The notes under the pieces were generated by a model. That model did no database searches. It had not been told where the DNA came from and was given only the letters and a program-made list of their open reading frames with translations. Positions 1 to 9,610 of a stretch of DNA of 52,273 nt are shown piece after piece. The stretch's first letter is position 1, and every line of letters begins with the position of its first letter. The stretch is from Archaeoglobus sp. JdFR-37 (lineage in GTDB: Archaea > Halobacteriota > Archaeoglobi > Archaeoglobales > Archaeoglobaceae), in contig MTMY01000007.1 in the NCBI GenBank assembly GCA_002010215.1, positions 62,001 to 114,273 on the forward strand, given 5' to 3'. The position numbers were made by a program, and so were the translations under genes.

Positions 1-533
1 AGCCTGTCGGTGTCGCTTTCCAGTTGTGCCACCTCTTTTAGTCCTTCCTTATCACCAAGTCTTATGCTGTCTTCAATGCCTTCAATCATTCCAGAAATTA
101 TCTGAGCCATTCTTCTTAAAACACCCTTGACATCTAGGTCTGGAGAGGTCATGCACCTGAGAACTACTCTCTTTGGACTGGCATCTATTATCTCCACTCC
201 AATCATCGTTCTTACGATATCACTCAGCCTGCTGAGAACCTTTGCAGACATGGTCTTATCTTCTATGACAATCTCATCGAGCCCTTGGATATAAAGGGCA
301 TATACGTATCTCGTAAGGAACTTCTCGTCGTGTCTAGGAATTCTGTTTACGTAAGCCTTTACAACTTTTTCCTCATCAAGAATCTTCTTTGGCTGAATCC
401 TTACGTAACCCTTGTCCACGATCAGAAAAAGCTCGTCTCCTTGCTCTAAATTGTTGGCTTTTACCCAATCCTTTGGCAAGCTCACCATGTAGCTTGATCC
501 ACCAATAAGCTGAAGTTTACGAATCTCGGACAC
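1..533 (-). CDS. phoU: Phosphate uptake regulator, AbrB-PhoU family (partial, runs off window start)
   Basis: Not in ORF track. Manual translation from GTG at 533 gives MSEIRKLQLIGGSSYMVSLPKDWVKANNLEQGDEL, the typical archaeal AbrB-PhoU N-terminus. Frame stays open to the window edge. Confidence 0.85.
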   Translation of the reverse strand, partial: MSEIRKLQLIGGSSYMVSLPKDWVKANNLEQGDELFLIVDKGYVRIQPKKILDEEKVVKAYVNRIPRHDEKFLTRYVYALYIQGLDEIVIEDKTMSAKVLSRLSDIVRTMIGVEIIDASPKRVVLRCMTSPDLDVKGVLRRMAQIISGMIEGIEDSIRLGDKEGLKEVAQLESDTDR

Positions 534-581
534 GAAATTAGTATGCAAAAGTAGGAATTAAAATACTTTCGGTGAAATTTG

Positions 582-854
582 TTATGATACGTATGGCTTC
601 TCGTCGCTACCGTAAGTTATATCCTGAAGCATTTTTGTGGCAAGCCCTAACAGGAGCTTGTCTTCCCCTACTATCTCTCTAATAAGCATGAGAGAAGCAG
701 ATTCTTTCAATTCATAACTTCTCAATTCTTCCAGTAATTTCACAAGCCTGTTAGCAGTCTTAAATATCTCGGCCAGCCTAATTTCGTCATCTTCACTTAT
801 TTCTTCTTCATCCTCTTCAAACAGATCTAGTATCAGTTCCTCAAACTCATCCAT
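582..854 (-). CDS. Small acidic hypothetical protein
   Basis: 90 aa ORF with GGGGTGA RBS upstream, co-oriented with neighbours. Confidence 0.7.
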   Translation of the reverse strand: MDEFEELILDLFEEDEEEISEDDEIRLAEIFKTANRLVKLLEELRSYELKESASLMLIREIVGEDKLLLGLATKMLQDITYGSDEKPYVS

Positions 855-894
855 ACTGATTCACCCCACCCGGTTCGCAGATTTAAGCTTTTCG

Positions 895-1563
895 CTAAAT
901 CAATTTTACTAGGCATCCATCGTGTGAAATTTTGTATCTGGAAACTCCAGGCTTCAATTCGGGAATTATGCTGTCTTTAATGCCTATGTAGTAATTATCA
1001 ACTTCAAAGAACATTTCCTCAGCTCTTTTTATTTTTATAATTACATCAAAAAGTTTGTCCATGAGCCTAGTTACCGCATCTTCATATGAGTTGCGACATG
1101 AAACTATAACAGTCGCCTTCTGGGGTATGGAATCAAAGATATCTAGTATATTCTTGACGATATCTTTACCGTAAATTTCTGGGATCATATACAGTCCCCT
1201 AAACACTATTAGGTCTTTATTATCGAGCCTAGAAAGGATGTCTTTGAGTTCTGAAAGTTCATCTTCTGGATCTCCAGTTGGTATATGGGCATAGAGATTG
1301 CCAAATGACACGCTACTCCTCTTGCCAATCTTTATTATGTGACTCCTGTCTAGGATAGAGGGTATTTCATCAGATACACCTGCTATGCTTCGATATATTT
1401 CGCTCTGTCTTCTGCATATGGTGTCTGAATATATGACGAAGAACAAACGGCGATGAGAAAAGGCGGGAACTATGTGGAAGAAGAGGAGGCTAATCATAGG
1501 AGCTATTGTGTCATATTCTATTTTTACTCTCCTGCCCTCTAGATGGGGAATTATTTCCTGCAT
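895..1563 (-). CDS. DUF257-like (degenerate RecA/KaiC-fold) protein
   Basis: Pattern VKIEYDT...FFVIYSDT...IIKIG...FDVIIKI. Start moved to MQEIIPH (1563) because the upstream part is AT-rich intergenic-like sequence. Confidence 0.55.
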   Translation of the reverse strand: MQEIIPHLEGRRVKIEYDTIAPMISLLFFHIVPAFSHRRLFFVIYSDTICRRQSEIYRSIAGVSDEIPSILDRSHIIKIGKRSSVSFGNLYAHIPTGDPEDELSELKDILSRLDNKDLIVFRGLYMIPEIYGKDIVKNILDIFDSIPQKATVIVSCRNSYEDAVTRLMDKLFDVIIKIKRAEEMFFEVDNYYIGIKDSIIPELKPGVSRYKISHDGCLVKLI

Positions 1564-1648
1564 TACAATCACTATAATAATCATTGTTAATGCAAGCATA
1601 AAAAGGTTTCGATTATTTAAGTTATACACAAAAAATAAATTTTTCTTA

Positions 1649-2086
1649 TTATTTGATAAATATCTTTCTTCTCTCTTCAACCAGTGATTTTATCAGTTCT
1701 TCTACAAAATCAACCACTTCGATTTTATCCACTTCGTTAATAGGGACCCATCTGATTTCCTCTGCATCGCTTCCCGGTCTTACGTTTCCATCAACTATTC
1801 TGGCGAAAAAGTCTATTATCACATAATGAAACTTGACTTCACCGTTTCTGAAGATCTCTTCGCTGACACATGCAACGTCATCCACTTCAATTTCAACCCC
1901 GACCTCTTCTCTGATCTCCCTTTTCAGGGCTTCAATCAGTGACTCACCAATTCTCACTAGCCCACCTGGAACGCTCCACTTACCTTTGTTGGGCTCATTG
2001 CCCCTTTTCACCAGCAGAATTCTACCGTTCTCTATGATGACTGCCCCAACACCCACAAGAGGCCTTTTAGGGAATTCTCTGCCCAT
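1649..2086 (-). CDS. Nudix hydrolase (ADP-ribose pyrophosphatase-like)
   Basis: Nudix box GGLVRIGESLIEALKREIREEVG. Start at MGREFPKRP. Confidence 0.9.
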   Translation of the reverse strand: MGREFPKRPLVGVGAVIIENGRILLVKRGNEPNKGKWSVPGGLVRIGESLIEALKREIREEVGVEIEVDDVACVSEEIFRNGEVKFHYVIIDFFARIVDGNVRPGSDAEEIRWVPINEVDKIEVVDFVEELIKSLVEERRKIFIK

Positions 2087-2813
2087 AGGTCTCACCAGCA
2101 AGTCTAGCAGCAAGTTTTAACGCCCTCACGTACCCCTCAGAATCCTGAGCTCTGCTGGTGTCGACGAAAAGGAACGGAAGACCAGCAATAGGGGCCCCAT
2201 GCTCAACACCTCTGCCAAGCAGACAGAGGCTTCTGAAAATCAAGTTTCCAGAGATACCATCTGGAGCTATGACGATATCTGCCTCTCTGGCAGCATCCTC
2301 GATAACTATTCCGTAATGTCTGGCTGAATAGCCTTTTTCTGAAAGAAATGAAGCCAAGAACTCACCATCGGCAAGCATCCTGTCAACCCTCCTGCTTCTT
2401 CCCACATCACTCTTTCTGCCTCCAGAAAGAATTGCAATTTTTGCCTGAAGTCCAAGCCTCTTAGCCAGCTTTACGCTCTCTTTAGCCAGGAAAATACGAT
2501 CAGAGAGATCTTCTCCTTCATCCACACCAACAGGGGCTAAAATGAATGGTTTACCCTCTGGAGTCTCAAGAAGAGCCAACCGAGCTACTTTTCCGTATTT
2601 TCTCAATTCTGGAATCAGCACTGAGGCTCTAGCTGTACCCCTGACTGCTGCATCAACCTCTCTGCTCTCCAGGAGTTCCAGCAATCTTCTCTCGGTTCTC
2701 TCTCCTTCATCTACAACTCTGACGTCAAAATCCACAGACTCTGCTGCCCTGTATACCTTCTCATCGTATCCTTCCCTCTCTCTGTAAACACCAATTGCAA
2801 TTCTCGGCCTCAT
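2067..2813 (-). CDS. mtxX: MtxX / methanogenesis marker protein 4 (phosphotransacetylase-like fold)
   Basis: Motifs AAVRGT, LAPVGVDEG, LSGGR..D.GR, APDGISGNLIFRSL, FVDTSRA. Confidence 0.85.
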   Translation of the reverse strand: MRPRIAIGVYREREGYDEKVYRAAESVDFDVRVVDEGERTERRLLELLESREVDAAVRGTARASVLIPELRKYGKVARLALLETPEGKPFILAPVGVDEGEDLSDRIFLAKESVKLAKRLGLQAKIAILSGGRKSDVGRSRRVDRMLADGEFLASFLSEKGYSARHYGIVIEDAAREADIVIAPDGISGNLIFRSLCLLGRGVEHGAPIAGLPFLFVDTSRAQDSEGYVRALKLAARLAGETYGQRIP

Positions 2814-3445
2814 TTCAATCCCCTCAGCTCTACCAGCTTTCCGGCAAGGCCGTCAGAGACATATTCTACTGCTATGGCAGCTAGGAATATTGCCATCACT
2901 CTTGCAATTATGTCTGAACCGCTTTTTCCTAGCAACCTTATTATTCCTGCGGAATATTTGTGAGTCAATCTGACGGTGGTGTATACAACCAGAATAGCAA
3001 GTATTAAAAGGAATCTCTCCACAAAGCCCCCCTCGGATGCCAAGACGATTGCTGCGGTGATAGCACCCGGGCCAGTATAAAGGGGAAGAGCTATGGGAAA
3101 GACTGCAAGGCTGTCAATATCGGCGCTTTCAAGGCTCTTCTGTGCTAAGTACTCTCTCGATCGTTTTCCAAGGAGGATGTCAATGGAGACAATGAACAGC
3201 ATAATCCCACCGGCTATTTTGAGACCGTCCAGTGTTATGCGGAAGAAATCCATTACAGCCCAGCCACCCAGTCCCATGAGTATCAGGAGTGATGCTCCAA
3301 TCGCTGTGGATTTTTTTGAAATCCTTTCTCTTGCTTCATCATCCAGTCTTTCTGTCAGGGCTATGAACATTGGTATGTTTCCCATGGGATCAACGATAAT
3401 AAATAAGGTGGTAAAGGCCGTTAAAAAATAGCTGATGTACTCCAT
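2810..3445 (-). CDS. MarC family integral membrane protein
   Basis: IVDPMGNIP, IAGGIML, VFPIALPLYTGPGAI motifs. Confidence 0.92.
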   Translation of the reverse strand: MEYISYFLTAFTTLFIIVDPMGNIPMFIALTERLDDEARERISKKSTAIGASLLILMGLGGWAVMDFFRITLDGLKIAGGIMLFIVSIDILLGKRSREYLAQKSLESADIDSLAVFPIALPLYTGPGAITAAIVLASEGGFVERFLLILAILVVYTTVRLTHKYSAGIIRLLGKSGSDIIARVMAIFLAAIAVEYVSDGLAGKLVELRGLK

Positions 3446-3447
3446 AC

Positions 3448-4410
3448 TCAGCCCCTGATGGAATCTATTGCCTTTTTAGTATTTTCCAACAGCTTCATGG
3501 CAGCTTCTTGGGATGGAAAACTGAACAGTCCGCAGTCAGGACCTGTGTACTCAAGAACATCCTCAAACCTTTCAACAGCATTTTTCAATCTTTTTTCAAT
3601 CATTTCTGGGCCCTCAATTTCATCAATTGCTTTCAGGATCAGCTCAGGGTCTCCCCATGCATTAACACCGTGTTTCGAGTTGAATTCTGCGATTATTCCA
3701 TCTATATCGCTTCTTGCTACACCAATTCTGAGCTTCTTGCTGTAGCTTTCGATTTCCTCAACATCAATAAAGTCCATGGCTTTGGGATTTTTGGCAGTTT
3801 CAATGCCGATTACATCTATTGAATCCACGTTGAGAATGTATGAATAGAACAGGGGGGAGTGGAGGTGTATCTGTACATCAGCATCAATTTCAAACTTCTC
3901 AAAAGCCAGTTTGAGCTGATCAACACTTGGCTGAAGTTCTGGGTTAGTTCCGAGAGATGGCTCATCAAGACTGATACAATCCACGTTAAGCTTTGATCTG
4001 ACCGCATTTTTGGCAAATCTTGCAAGGGATTCTGCAATGTTCTCTAGGACATCGTCAAATATGGTTGCACCGAATTCTTTATAATAGAGTTCGAAAGGGC
4101 CGGTGATACACACTCTAACACTTCCACCATAATTCAGACTTTCTAGACATTCTAGCTCTCTGATTACCGCATTTTCTTCCCTTATAAGGAAAGCATCCTC
4201 CTGAAGGTCGGGATTCTTTATCCGCTCCAAAAACATTTCATTCATGTCCCTGAACTGGGGATAGTTTGGACATTCCACGCCAGCTTTCAGTTTCATGGCA
4301 AAGGCTCTCTGAACCATTTCCTCGTATTCCTTCGTGTTGAGGTTTTCCTTTACCCATTCTCTGGTTATTCCTTCAGGTAAAGGAAAGCTCCCTACATCAT
4401 CAAATTTCAT
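3448..4410 (-). CDS. Cobalamin-independent methionine synthase, catalytic-domain-only (MetE-like)
   Basis: DDVGSFPLP, ITGPF, LDEPSLG, HLH...E...GPDCGL zinc-ligand motifs. Confidence 0.85.
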   Translation of the reverse strand: MKFDDVGSFPLPEGITREWVKENLNTKEYEEMVQRAFAMKLKAGVECPNYPQFRDMNEMFLERIKNPDLQEDAFLIREENAVIRELECLESLNYGGSVRVCITGPFELYYKEFGATIFDDVLENIAESLARFAKNAVRSKLNVDCISLDEPSLGTNPELQPSVDQLKLAFEKFEIDADVQIHLHSPLFYSYILNVDSIDVIGIETAKNPKAMDFIDVEEIESYSKKLRIGVARSDIDGIIAEFNSKHGVNAWGDPELILKAIDEIEGPEMIEKRLKNAVERFEDVLEYTGPDCGLFSFPSQEAAMKLLENTKKAIDSIRG

Positions 4411-5692
4411 TTTCCTCACCTCTAACTTCATTCTTTCTCTCCATAATCTCTGCCCATGCTATTTTGGCGTCCAGACTCTCTTCGTCTAAGTCTATAGTCT
4501 CTGGAGACTCCCAGACTCTATTGAAGAACTCCACAGCCTGTTTTGCCAGCTCTTCATTTTCAGCCCAGAATCCCACCTCGTAATTTTCAAAGAGCCCGGT
4601 CTGAGTCAGGTTGGCTGTGGTGAGGAAAACCTCTCGCCTGTCCACAATCACAAGCTTTGCATGAATGTTATCGTTGAGCTTCACAGTTCCCTTAGGAAAC
4701 ATCTCCAGAAATCTTTTGAGGGTGAAGTACTGCTTTTTGTCCTCATAAACTTCTTCAAGGCTCTTGAACTGTCTCCGCTCGAAACTGGGCCAGGTTATAA
4801 TTCTTACACTCACTCCTCTATCAATCAAGGGTTTCAGTTCAGCGGTGAGCCAGTCAGTGTAATATATGTGTGGGGAAGTAATAAGAACTTCCTCTTTCGC
4901 GTTCTTGAACATTTCCTTCATTCTGGCAACGATTTCACCGCTCCAGGGGGTGCTGGGGATTATTCCCATTTTCTGGTACTTCTTTTCCGCCCTATAAGAC
5001 AGGAAAAGCAGACCGAAGAAGGCAACTGCAGTCAGACTAGCCCCCACTATGTTCAGGGTGAAAAAATTGATGACTTCTCCAAATTCAACATAGGCAAAAA
5101 CTTGGTTTCTGGGTGTAACGAATGTCCATTCAACCTCACTCACACTGTTCAAGGAGTTGTAGTATATTTTGGAATTTGAGCTGACAGAAAGAATTCTGTA
5201 TGCGTAGAAAAACTCTTCAGGGAATTTCAGAGAGATTCTTACACTGTCAACCCCTATACCACTTTGTATGAATGCTTCGGGGTATTCTATGGCGGTAAAC
5301 CTGTAAAGTCCGCTTTCCAGCTTGTCAAGAAGATTGGGTAGGTCTCTCTGAATTGTAAGGTGGTAGGTTTCAGAAGGTGACAGCGTTTTATCGATTGTTA
5401 TAACAACAAACTGGCGGCCATCTCTCTCCATAACTTTGTAATTGAAATAGCCGAATGGACGATCCCTAATGCTGTACTCTCCATAAACTGGCAGAGGTGG
5501 TAGAACTATGTGCAGTCTGACAGGAGAGGATTCATTTATGTTCTTGAACCTGAGGGTGAAAATGTCTTTTGTGAGTTCTGGGTTTAGAATTACATATTCT
5601 GCGTTCAGAGAAACGGTAACTTCAGCCCCTGTTTTCCCTGTCGTCAGTATAGTGGCAACCAGCAGTGTCAACAGAAAGATTCTCATCCTCAC
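4400..5692 (-). CDS. Membrane-anchored phospholipase D/Nuc-family protein
   Basis: N-terminal signal peptide, one TM helix near aa 211-233, C-terminal single HKD motif HAKLVIVD...TTANLT...NYE. Confidence 0.8.
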   Translation of the reverse strand: MRMRIFLLTLLVATILTTGKTGAEVTVSLNAEYVILNPELTKDIFTLRFKNINESSPVRLHIVLPPLPVYGEYSIRDRPFGYFNYKVMERDGRQFVVITIDKTLSPSETYHLTIQRDLPNLLDKLESGLYRFTAIEYPEAFIQSGIGVDSVRISLKFPEEFFYAYRILSVSSNSKIYYNSLNSVSEVEWTFVTPRNQVFAYVEFGEVINFFTLNIVGASLTAVAFFGLLFLSYRAEKKYQKMGIIPSTPWSGEIVARMKEMFKNAKEEVLITSPHIYYTDWLTAELKPLIDRGVSVRIITWPSFERRQFKSLEEVYEDKKQYFTLKRFLEMFPKGTVKLNDNIHAKLVIVDRREVFLTTANLTQTGLFENYEVGFWAENEELAKQAVEFFNRVWESPETIDLDEESLDAKIAWAEIMERKNEVRGEENEI

Positions 5693-5740
5693 AATCAGTA
5701 ATCAATTTACGACGGTTTAAAGATTTTGTCTATCCGTTGA

Positions 5741-5781
5741 GCAAGATTTAAATAGCCATCCTCATACGCCTGTGAGGGTGA
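5741..5781 (+). promoter_or_regulatory. alba promoter (BRE + TATA TTTAAATA) and RBS GAGGGTGA
   Basis: TTTAAATA at 5747-5754 preceded by purines. GAGGGTGA lies just before ATG 5786. Confidence 0.65.
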
Positions 5782-5785
5782 TGAC

Positions 5786-6055
5786 ATGGCAGAGGAACAT
5801 GTGGTCTTTGTCGGAAACAAACCTGTGATGAACTACGTCCTTGCTGCTCTGACGCAGCTGAATGAAGGTGCAGGAGAGGTTACAATTAAGGCAAGGGGTA
5901 GGGCGATCAGCAGGGCAGTAGATGTGGCAGAAATTCTGAGAAACAGGTTCATGCCGAACCTGAACATAAAGGGCATAAAGATCGACACAGAGGAGCTTGA
6001 AAGCGAGGGAAGAAGTGTAAACGTATCTACAATTGAGATTGCCCTTGCTAAATAA
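5786..6055 (+). CDS. albA: DNA/RNA-binding protein Alba
   Basis: [14 protein letters not shown]...[16 protein letters not shown]...VSTIEI signature. Confidence 0.97.
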   Translation: MAEEHVVFVGNKPVMNYVLAALTQLNEGAGEVTIKARGRAISRAVDVAEILRNRFMPNLNIKGIKIDTEELESEGRSVNVSTIEIALAK

Positions 6056-6110
6056 ATTTTAATTTATATTAATTTGCCAAATTTACTATTTTAAGCTGTT
6101 TAAATTTTTG
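6056..6110 (+). terminator. T-rich archaeal terminator downstream of alba
   Basis: Multiple oligo-T tracts right after the stop codon. Confidence 0.5.
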
Positions 6111-6214
6111 AAGATTGAATTTCAATCTCACAAGAGGCACAATCCAGCGAAGGTGATGGAAAATCTCTAGGCATAGAAACCAATCAATCCTAGGTAATGA
6201 CCAAGGATTAATCT

Positions 6215-6457
6215 CTACCTGAAATTACCACCTGAAATTACCCTCAGAACCTTTACTTCCCCCTCCTCTACTCTCTCGTCAGAAGGAACGGGAAGCCCGT
6301 CTCTCACTATAACTACCGTTTCAGGATTAATTCCTAGTTCTTTCAAAACATCTTCGTATGTTTTCCCTTCATCAACCTGCAAAATCTCCTCCTTCCTTTG
6401 AAAACCTAAAAATTTGATTTTGAGTTCAATCTTCTTCTGGTAGGAGTTCTTTTGCAA
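6215..6457 (-). CDS. MoaD/ThiS family ubiquitin-like small archaeal modifier protein (SAMP)
   Basis: Beta-grasp pattern LGINPETVVIVRDG...VKVLRVISGG, followed by NFR. Start uncertain. Confidence 0.85.
   Translation of the reverse strand: MQKNSYQKKIELKIKFLGFQRKEEILQVDEGKTYEDVLKELGINPETVVIVRDGLPVPSDERVEEGEVKVLRVISGGNFR
6217..6242. repeat. 13-bp tandem duplication ACCTGAAATTACC x2 at the SAMP 3' end
   Basis: Exact copies at 6217-6229 and 6230-6242. Confidence 0.9.
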
Positions 6458-6611
6458 CTTGCTTGAGATCTTGACCCCCTCCCTTTGTTTTGACCTCCTC
6501 TTTCAGATCATTCACATTCTTTGAAAGAAGTTTTTCTTCCTTGCTTTTTTCCTTTGACATCCCTTTTCTCCTGAAAAGCCTCCAGTTAAAACGCCTCATG
6601 ATATCACTCAC
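6426..6611 (-). CDS. Small basic hypothetical protein
   Basis: 61 aa ORF filling the gap between engB and SAMP, with coding-like composition. No family recognised. Confidence 0.4.
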   Translation of the reverse strand: MSDIMRRFNWRLFRRKGMSKEKSKEEKLLSKNVNDLKEEVKTKGGGQDLKQVAKELLPEED

Positions 6612-6683
6612 TTAATATTCTGTTTCCTTCCTATTAAATCCTTTTGTAGATCTCTTTCTAACATATATTAATTAATTTATGAA

Positions 6684-7289
6684 TTATTTAAATACTTTTA
6701 AAAGATCGTTTCTCCCGGCTTTAATCAGGATATCCATCAACGCTCTTTTTAGAGGGAGAACTTCGCCTTTCTTGGCAGAGATGGGAAACACTCTGTGCTT
6801 CCATAAAGTCCAAGGAGGGATCATGCCAAGCTTGTCCACAATTTCATTAAGGGTTTTGGTGGGATTTTCAACTCTGTCCATTTTGTTTACAGCAAGAAAC
6901 ACATCGAATTCGAACTCGTTGAGGAATTCAAACATCTCTATATCTATCGGTATGTAACCTCTCCTCTCCCATCTCTCCACAACTTCTATGAACGATTTCC
7001 CATCCACAACCTGTACAGCGGAGATTATCCTATCAGCATTCCTCTCGATATAGTGGACTATGAAATCTTTGACTCTCTCATTAAACTCCCTGTCAACTCC
7101 TGAGATGTACCCAAAACCCGGAAGGTCAGTAATCAGCAAATCTTTGAATTCCACAAAATTGGGCTTGATTGTTGTACCAGGTCTTTTGCCCTTTCTGACA
7201 TCAACGCCAAAAAGTCGGGAAAAGAGGGTGGATTTGCCTACATTAGAACGTCCGGCAAATATTATCTCAAGCTTACGGCCAGAGCCCAT
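6684..7289 (-). CDS. engB: GTP-binding protein EngB/YihA
   Basis: G1 GRSNVGKS, G3 DLPG, G4 NKMD, G5 SAK. Confidence 0.93.
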   Translation of the reverse strand: MGSGRKLEIIFAGRSNVGKSTLFSRLFGVDVRKGKRPGTTIKPNFVEFKDLLITDLPGFGYISGVDREFNERVKDFIVHYIERNADRIISAVQVVDGKSFIEVVERWERRGYIPIDIEMFEFLNEFEFDVFLAVNKMDRVENPTKTLNEIVDKLGMIPPWTLWKHRVFPISAKKGEVLPLKRALMDILIKAGRNDLLKVFK

Positions 7290-7449
7290 AGTATGCATTC
7301 AGAATGATTATCAAAAATCCACTCAGAAATCCGAAAACCAGTATGGCTTTTGGACTGATTTTTATCTGTGTTTTCTCCTCCTCAAAGTATCTCATTATTC
7401 CAGCGGAGGACATCAATGGAGGCGCACTATCCTTCTTTTTCTTTGCCAT
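7273..7449 (-). CDS. secG: Preprotein translocase subunit Sec61beta (SecG)
   Basis: LMSSAGIMRYFEEE...IKISP followed by a C-terminal TM helix. Confidence 0.92.
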   Translation of the reverse strand: MAKKKKDSAPPLMSSAGIMRYFEEEKTQIKISPKAILVFGFLSGFLIIILNAYYGLWP

Positions 7450-7487
7450 GTGCAAAGATTTATTGCCCCCAATATTTAACTTTAACC

Positions 7488-8471
7488 ATGGGTTACAGAG
7501 TTGTCTTGATTTCGCAGGACGGCATCTTTACAGGAGAGCTGTCTGAGGCTGGCAGGCATTTTGACGAGAGGGAAATTCAGCCTGAGTATATTGCTTTTCC
7601 TACATTCTTCAACGCTCATGTTCACCTCAATGATGCGGTAGCACTAGATCCGCCACGCATGGCTCTGGATGAGATGGTAGGACCTGGAGGTTACAAATTC
7701 AGAGTGATTTGGGGGAGATTTCATGACATCTCTCATGCCTTGAGGGCAGCTCTTGATTTGAAGGACACATCTCATTTTCTTGAGTTCAGAGAAGGTGGGG
7801 AGAAAGCGTTGAGGGTTCTTGAGGCTGCAGGAGTGGATGGTGTCTTACCTCTGGCAAGACCGGGCAGTATTGAGGAAGCCAGGAAAATTGCCAGGAAAGT
7901 CAGGGGTTTTGCCCTCAGCAGCGTTAGAGATCACGATGTTGAATTTATCGAGGAGCTCAGAAGTTTCGCCAAGCGAAAAGACCTCATCTTTGCAATCCAT
8001 GCTGGAGAGAAGGATAATGAGGATGTGGAAGGGGCTCTGAGCTTGGAACCTGATTTGCTCATTCATATGAACAGGGCAAGGAAAGATCAGCTCAGAATGG
8101 CCATGAATGAGGAGGTGCCAATTGTTTCATGCATCCGCTCCAATTTCTTTTTTGGCTTGGAGAATATGGAAAATTACGATATTCTGACAGAATACCATAA
8201 CTGGATGATTGGGACGGATAATGCAATGATCTGCTCTCCATCGATTCTGGATGAGCTCAGCTTCGCATCCTTTGTGATGGGTAGGGAGGAAAACCTTTTT
8301 GCAGCCTCTTTAAGAGGCCACATTATTTTCGGAACCCAACCCCGTACAGCTCTTGTTGAGGTCAAACCATTCAGATTTTCTGAGAATTTCATACATACGC
8401 TGGTCAGAAGAGTTTCATCGGCGCATGTTTCTTTGCAGCTTCCAGCTTTTCCTGAGAAGTTTAAGCTGTGA
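7488..8471 (+). CDS. Amidohydrolase family (cytosine/adenosine deaminase-like)
   Basis: FFNAHVH, IHAGE, IHM, IGTDN metal-binding motifs. Start at ATG 7488. Confidence 0.88.
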   Translation: MGYRVVLISQDGIFTGELSEAGRHFDEREIQPEYIAFPTFFNAHVHLNDAVALDPPRMALDEMVGPGGYKFRVIWGRFHDISHALRAALDLKDTSHFLEFREGGEKALRVLEAAGVDGVLPLARPGSIEEARKIARKVRGFALSSVRDHDVEFIEELRSFAKRKDLIFAIHAGEKDNEDVEGALSLEPDLLIHMNRARKDQLRMAMNEEVPIVSCIRSNFFFGLENMENYDILTEYHNWMIGTDNAMICSPSILDELSFASFVMGREENLFAASLRGHIIFGTQPRTALVEVKPFRFSENFIHTLVRRVSSAHVSLQLPAFPEKFKL

Positions 8472-8764
8472 TTGATGTTCCGTTAGAATCTAGGATTATC
8501 GGGCCTCGTTTCACATCAACCGAGAAAGTTGGCATTCTATCAAATTCGAACCGATGAAGTTCAGGGACGGAGGAGGGGCCAGGTGGGCAGGATAAAAGGG
8601 ATATAAATAAAATATACTGAGTAAATACTTCTTGCTGGCTCATCTATGCTAATACAGCACCCAAACTTCAAGTGGATTATTGAGGAATTGGAAAGTTTAA
8701 GGAAACACACCCGATATAGTTAAGAGAAAAGTATTTAACCAAGTTACTATTTGCTCTGGCTGAG

Positions 8765-9610
8765 ATGAGGGCAGAAGAAGTAATGAACAGAAATGTAATA
8801 TGTGCATCTCTCCCAGATAATAGGGAGAACGTGCTAGAACTCTTCAAAAAATACGGGATATCAGCCGTTCCCGTGCTGAAGGACGGAAAGCTTGCGGGAA
8901 TAGTCACCAGAAAGGACATCCTGAGGAAGGTTGAGGAGAATCAGCTTGCTCTCCTCATGACTCCTGACCCCGTAACCGTTCAGACTACTGATAGCCTGGA
9001 AAGTGTTGTTGATATTTTCCTCAAGACTCATTTCAGGAGATTGCCCGTTCTTGAAGAGGATGAACTCGTTGGAATAATCACGATTAGAGACCTCATCAAG
9101 AAAATTGCCGAAACCGACATCCAGACACCTGTGGAGAAGTTTATTACCAATACTGTTGTATGTGTCTGGGAGGAGACACCTCTCAGCGTTGTTGGAGAGG
9201 TTATGAGGCTCAGCAACGCAGAATTCTGTCCGGTCCTCAACAGCGATGCTGAAGTTGTTGGTGTGGTTGATGAAAAGATAATGCTCACCGAAACGCTCAT
9301 TGAAGAATTTCTGGAGCACACAGAATACTCATCCTCCAGTGATACAGATGATGCCTGGGCATGGGATGGTGTCAGGGATTATGCGGTCAAGTATTTCGAG
9401 GTGAGTGTCGTAAAATTGCCAAAAGAGCCTGTGAAGAAATTTATGAAGGATCCGGTCTTCGTTTATCCCCACACCTCTGTTTCCAAGGCAGCCAAAGAAA
9501 TGGTGAAGAACGACATTGATTACTTGCCGGTTCTTGATGTAAACAACAGACTGATAGGTCTGATTCCTGATAAAAATCTCATATCTGTCCTTTTAGATGT
9601 TCAGAAGTAA
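8765..9610 (+). CDS. CBS domain protein (four CBS repeats)
   Basis: Repeated (A/L)PVL...GI(V/I)T..D CBS motifs. Confidence 0.92.
   Translation: MRAEEVMNRNVICASLPDNRENVLELFKKYGISAVPVLKDGKLAGIVTRKDILRKVEENQLALLMTPDPVTVQTTDSLESVVDIFLKTHFRRLPVLEEDELVGIITIRDLIKKIAETDIQTPVEKFITNTVVCVWEETPLSVVGEVMRLSNAEFCPVLNSDAEVVGVVDEKIMLTETLIEEFLEHTEYSSSSDTDDAWAWDGVRDYAVKYFEVSVVKLPKEPVKKFMKDPVFVYPHTSVSKAAKEMVKNDIDYLPVLDVNNRLIGLIPDKNLISVLLDVQK

Noticed and set aside
6150..6205. GGTGATGG...AAACC...TAATGAC resembling a fluoride riboswitch
   Set aside because: P1 and pseudoknot pairing are absent, and it lies between convergent genes rather than in a 5' UTR.
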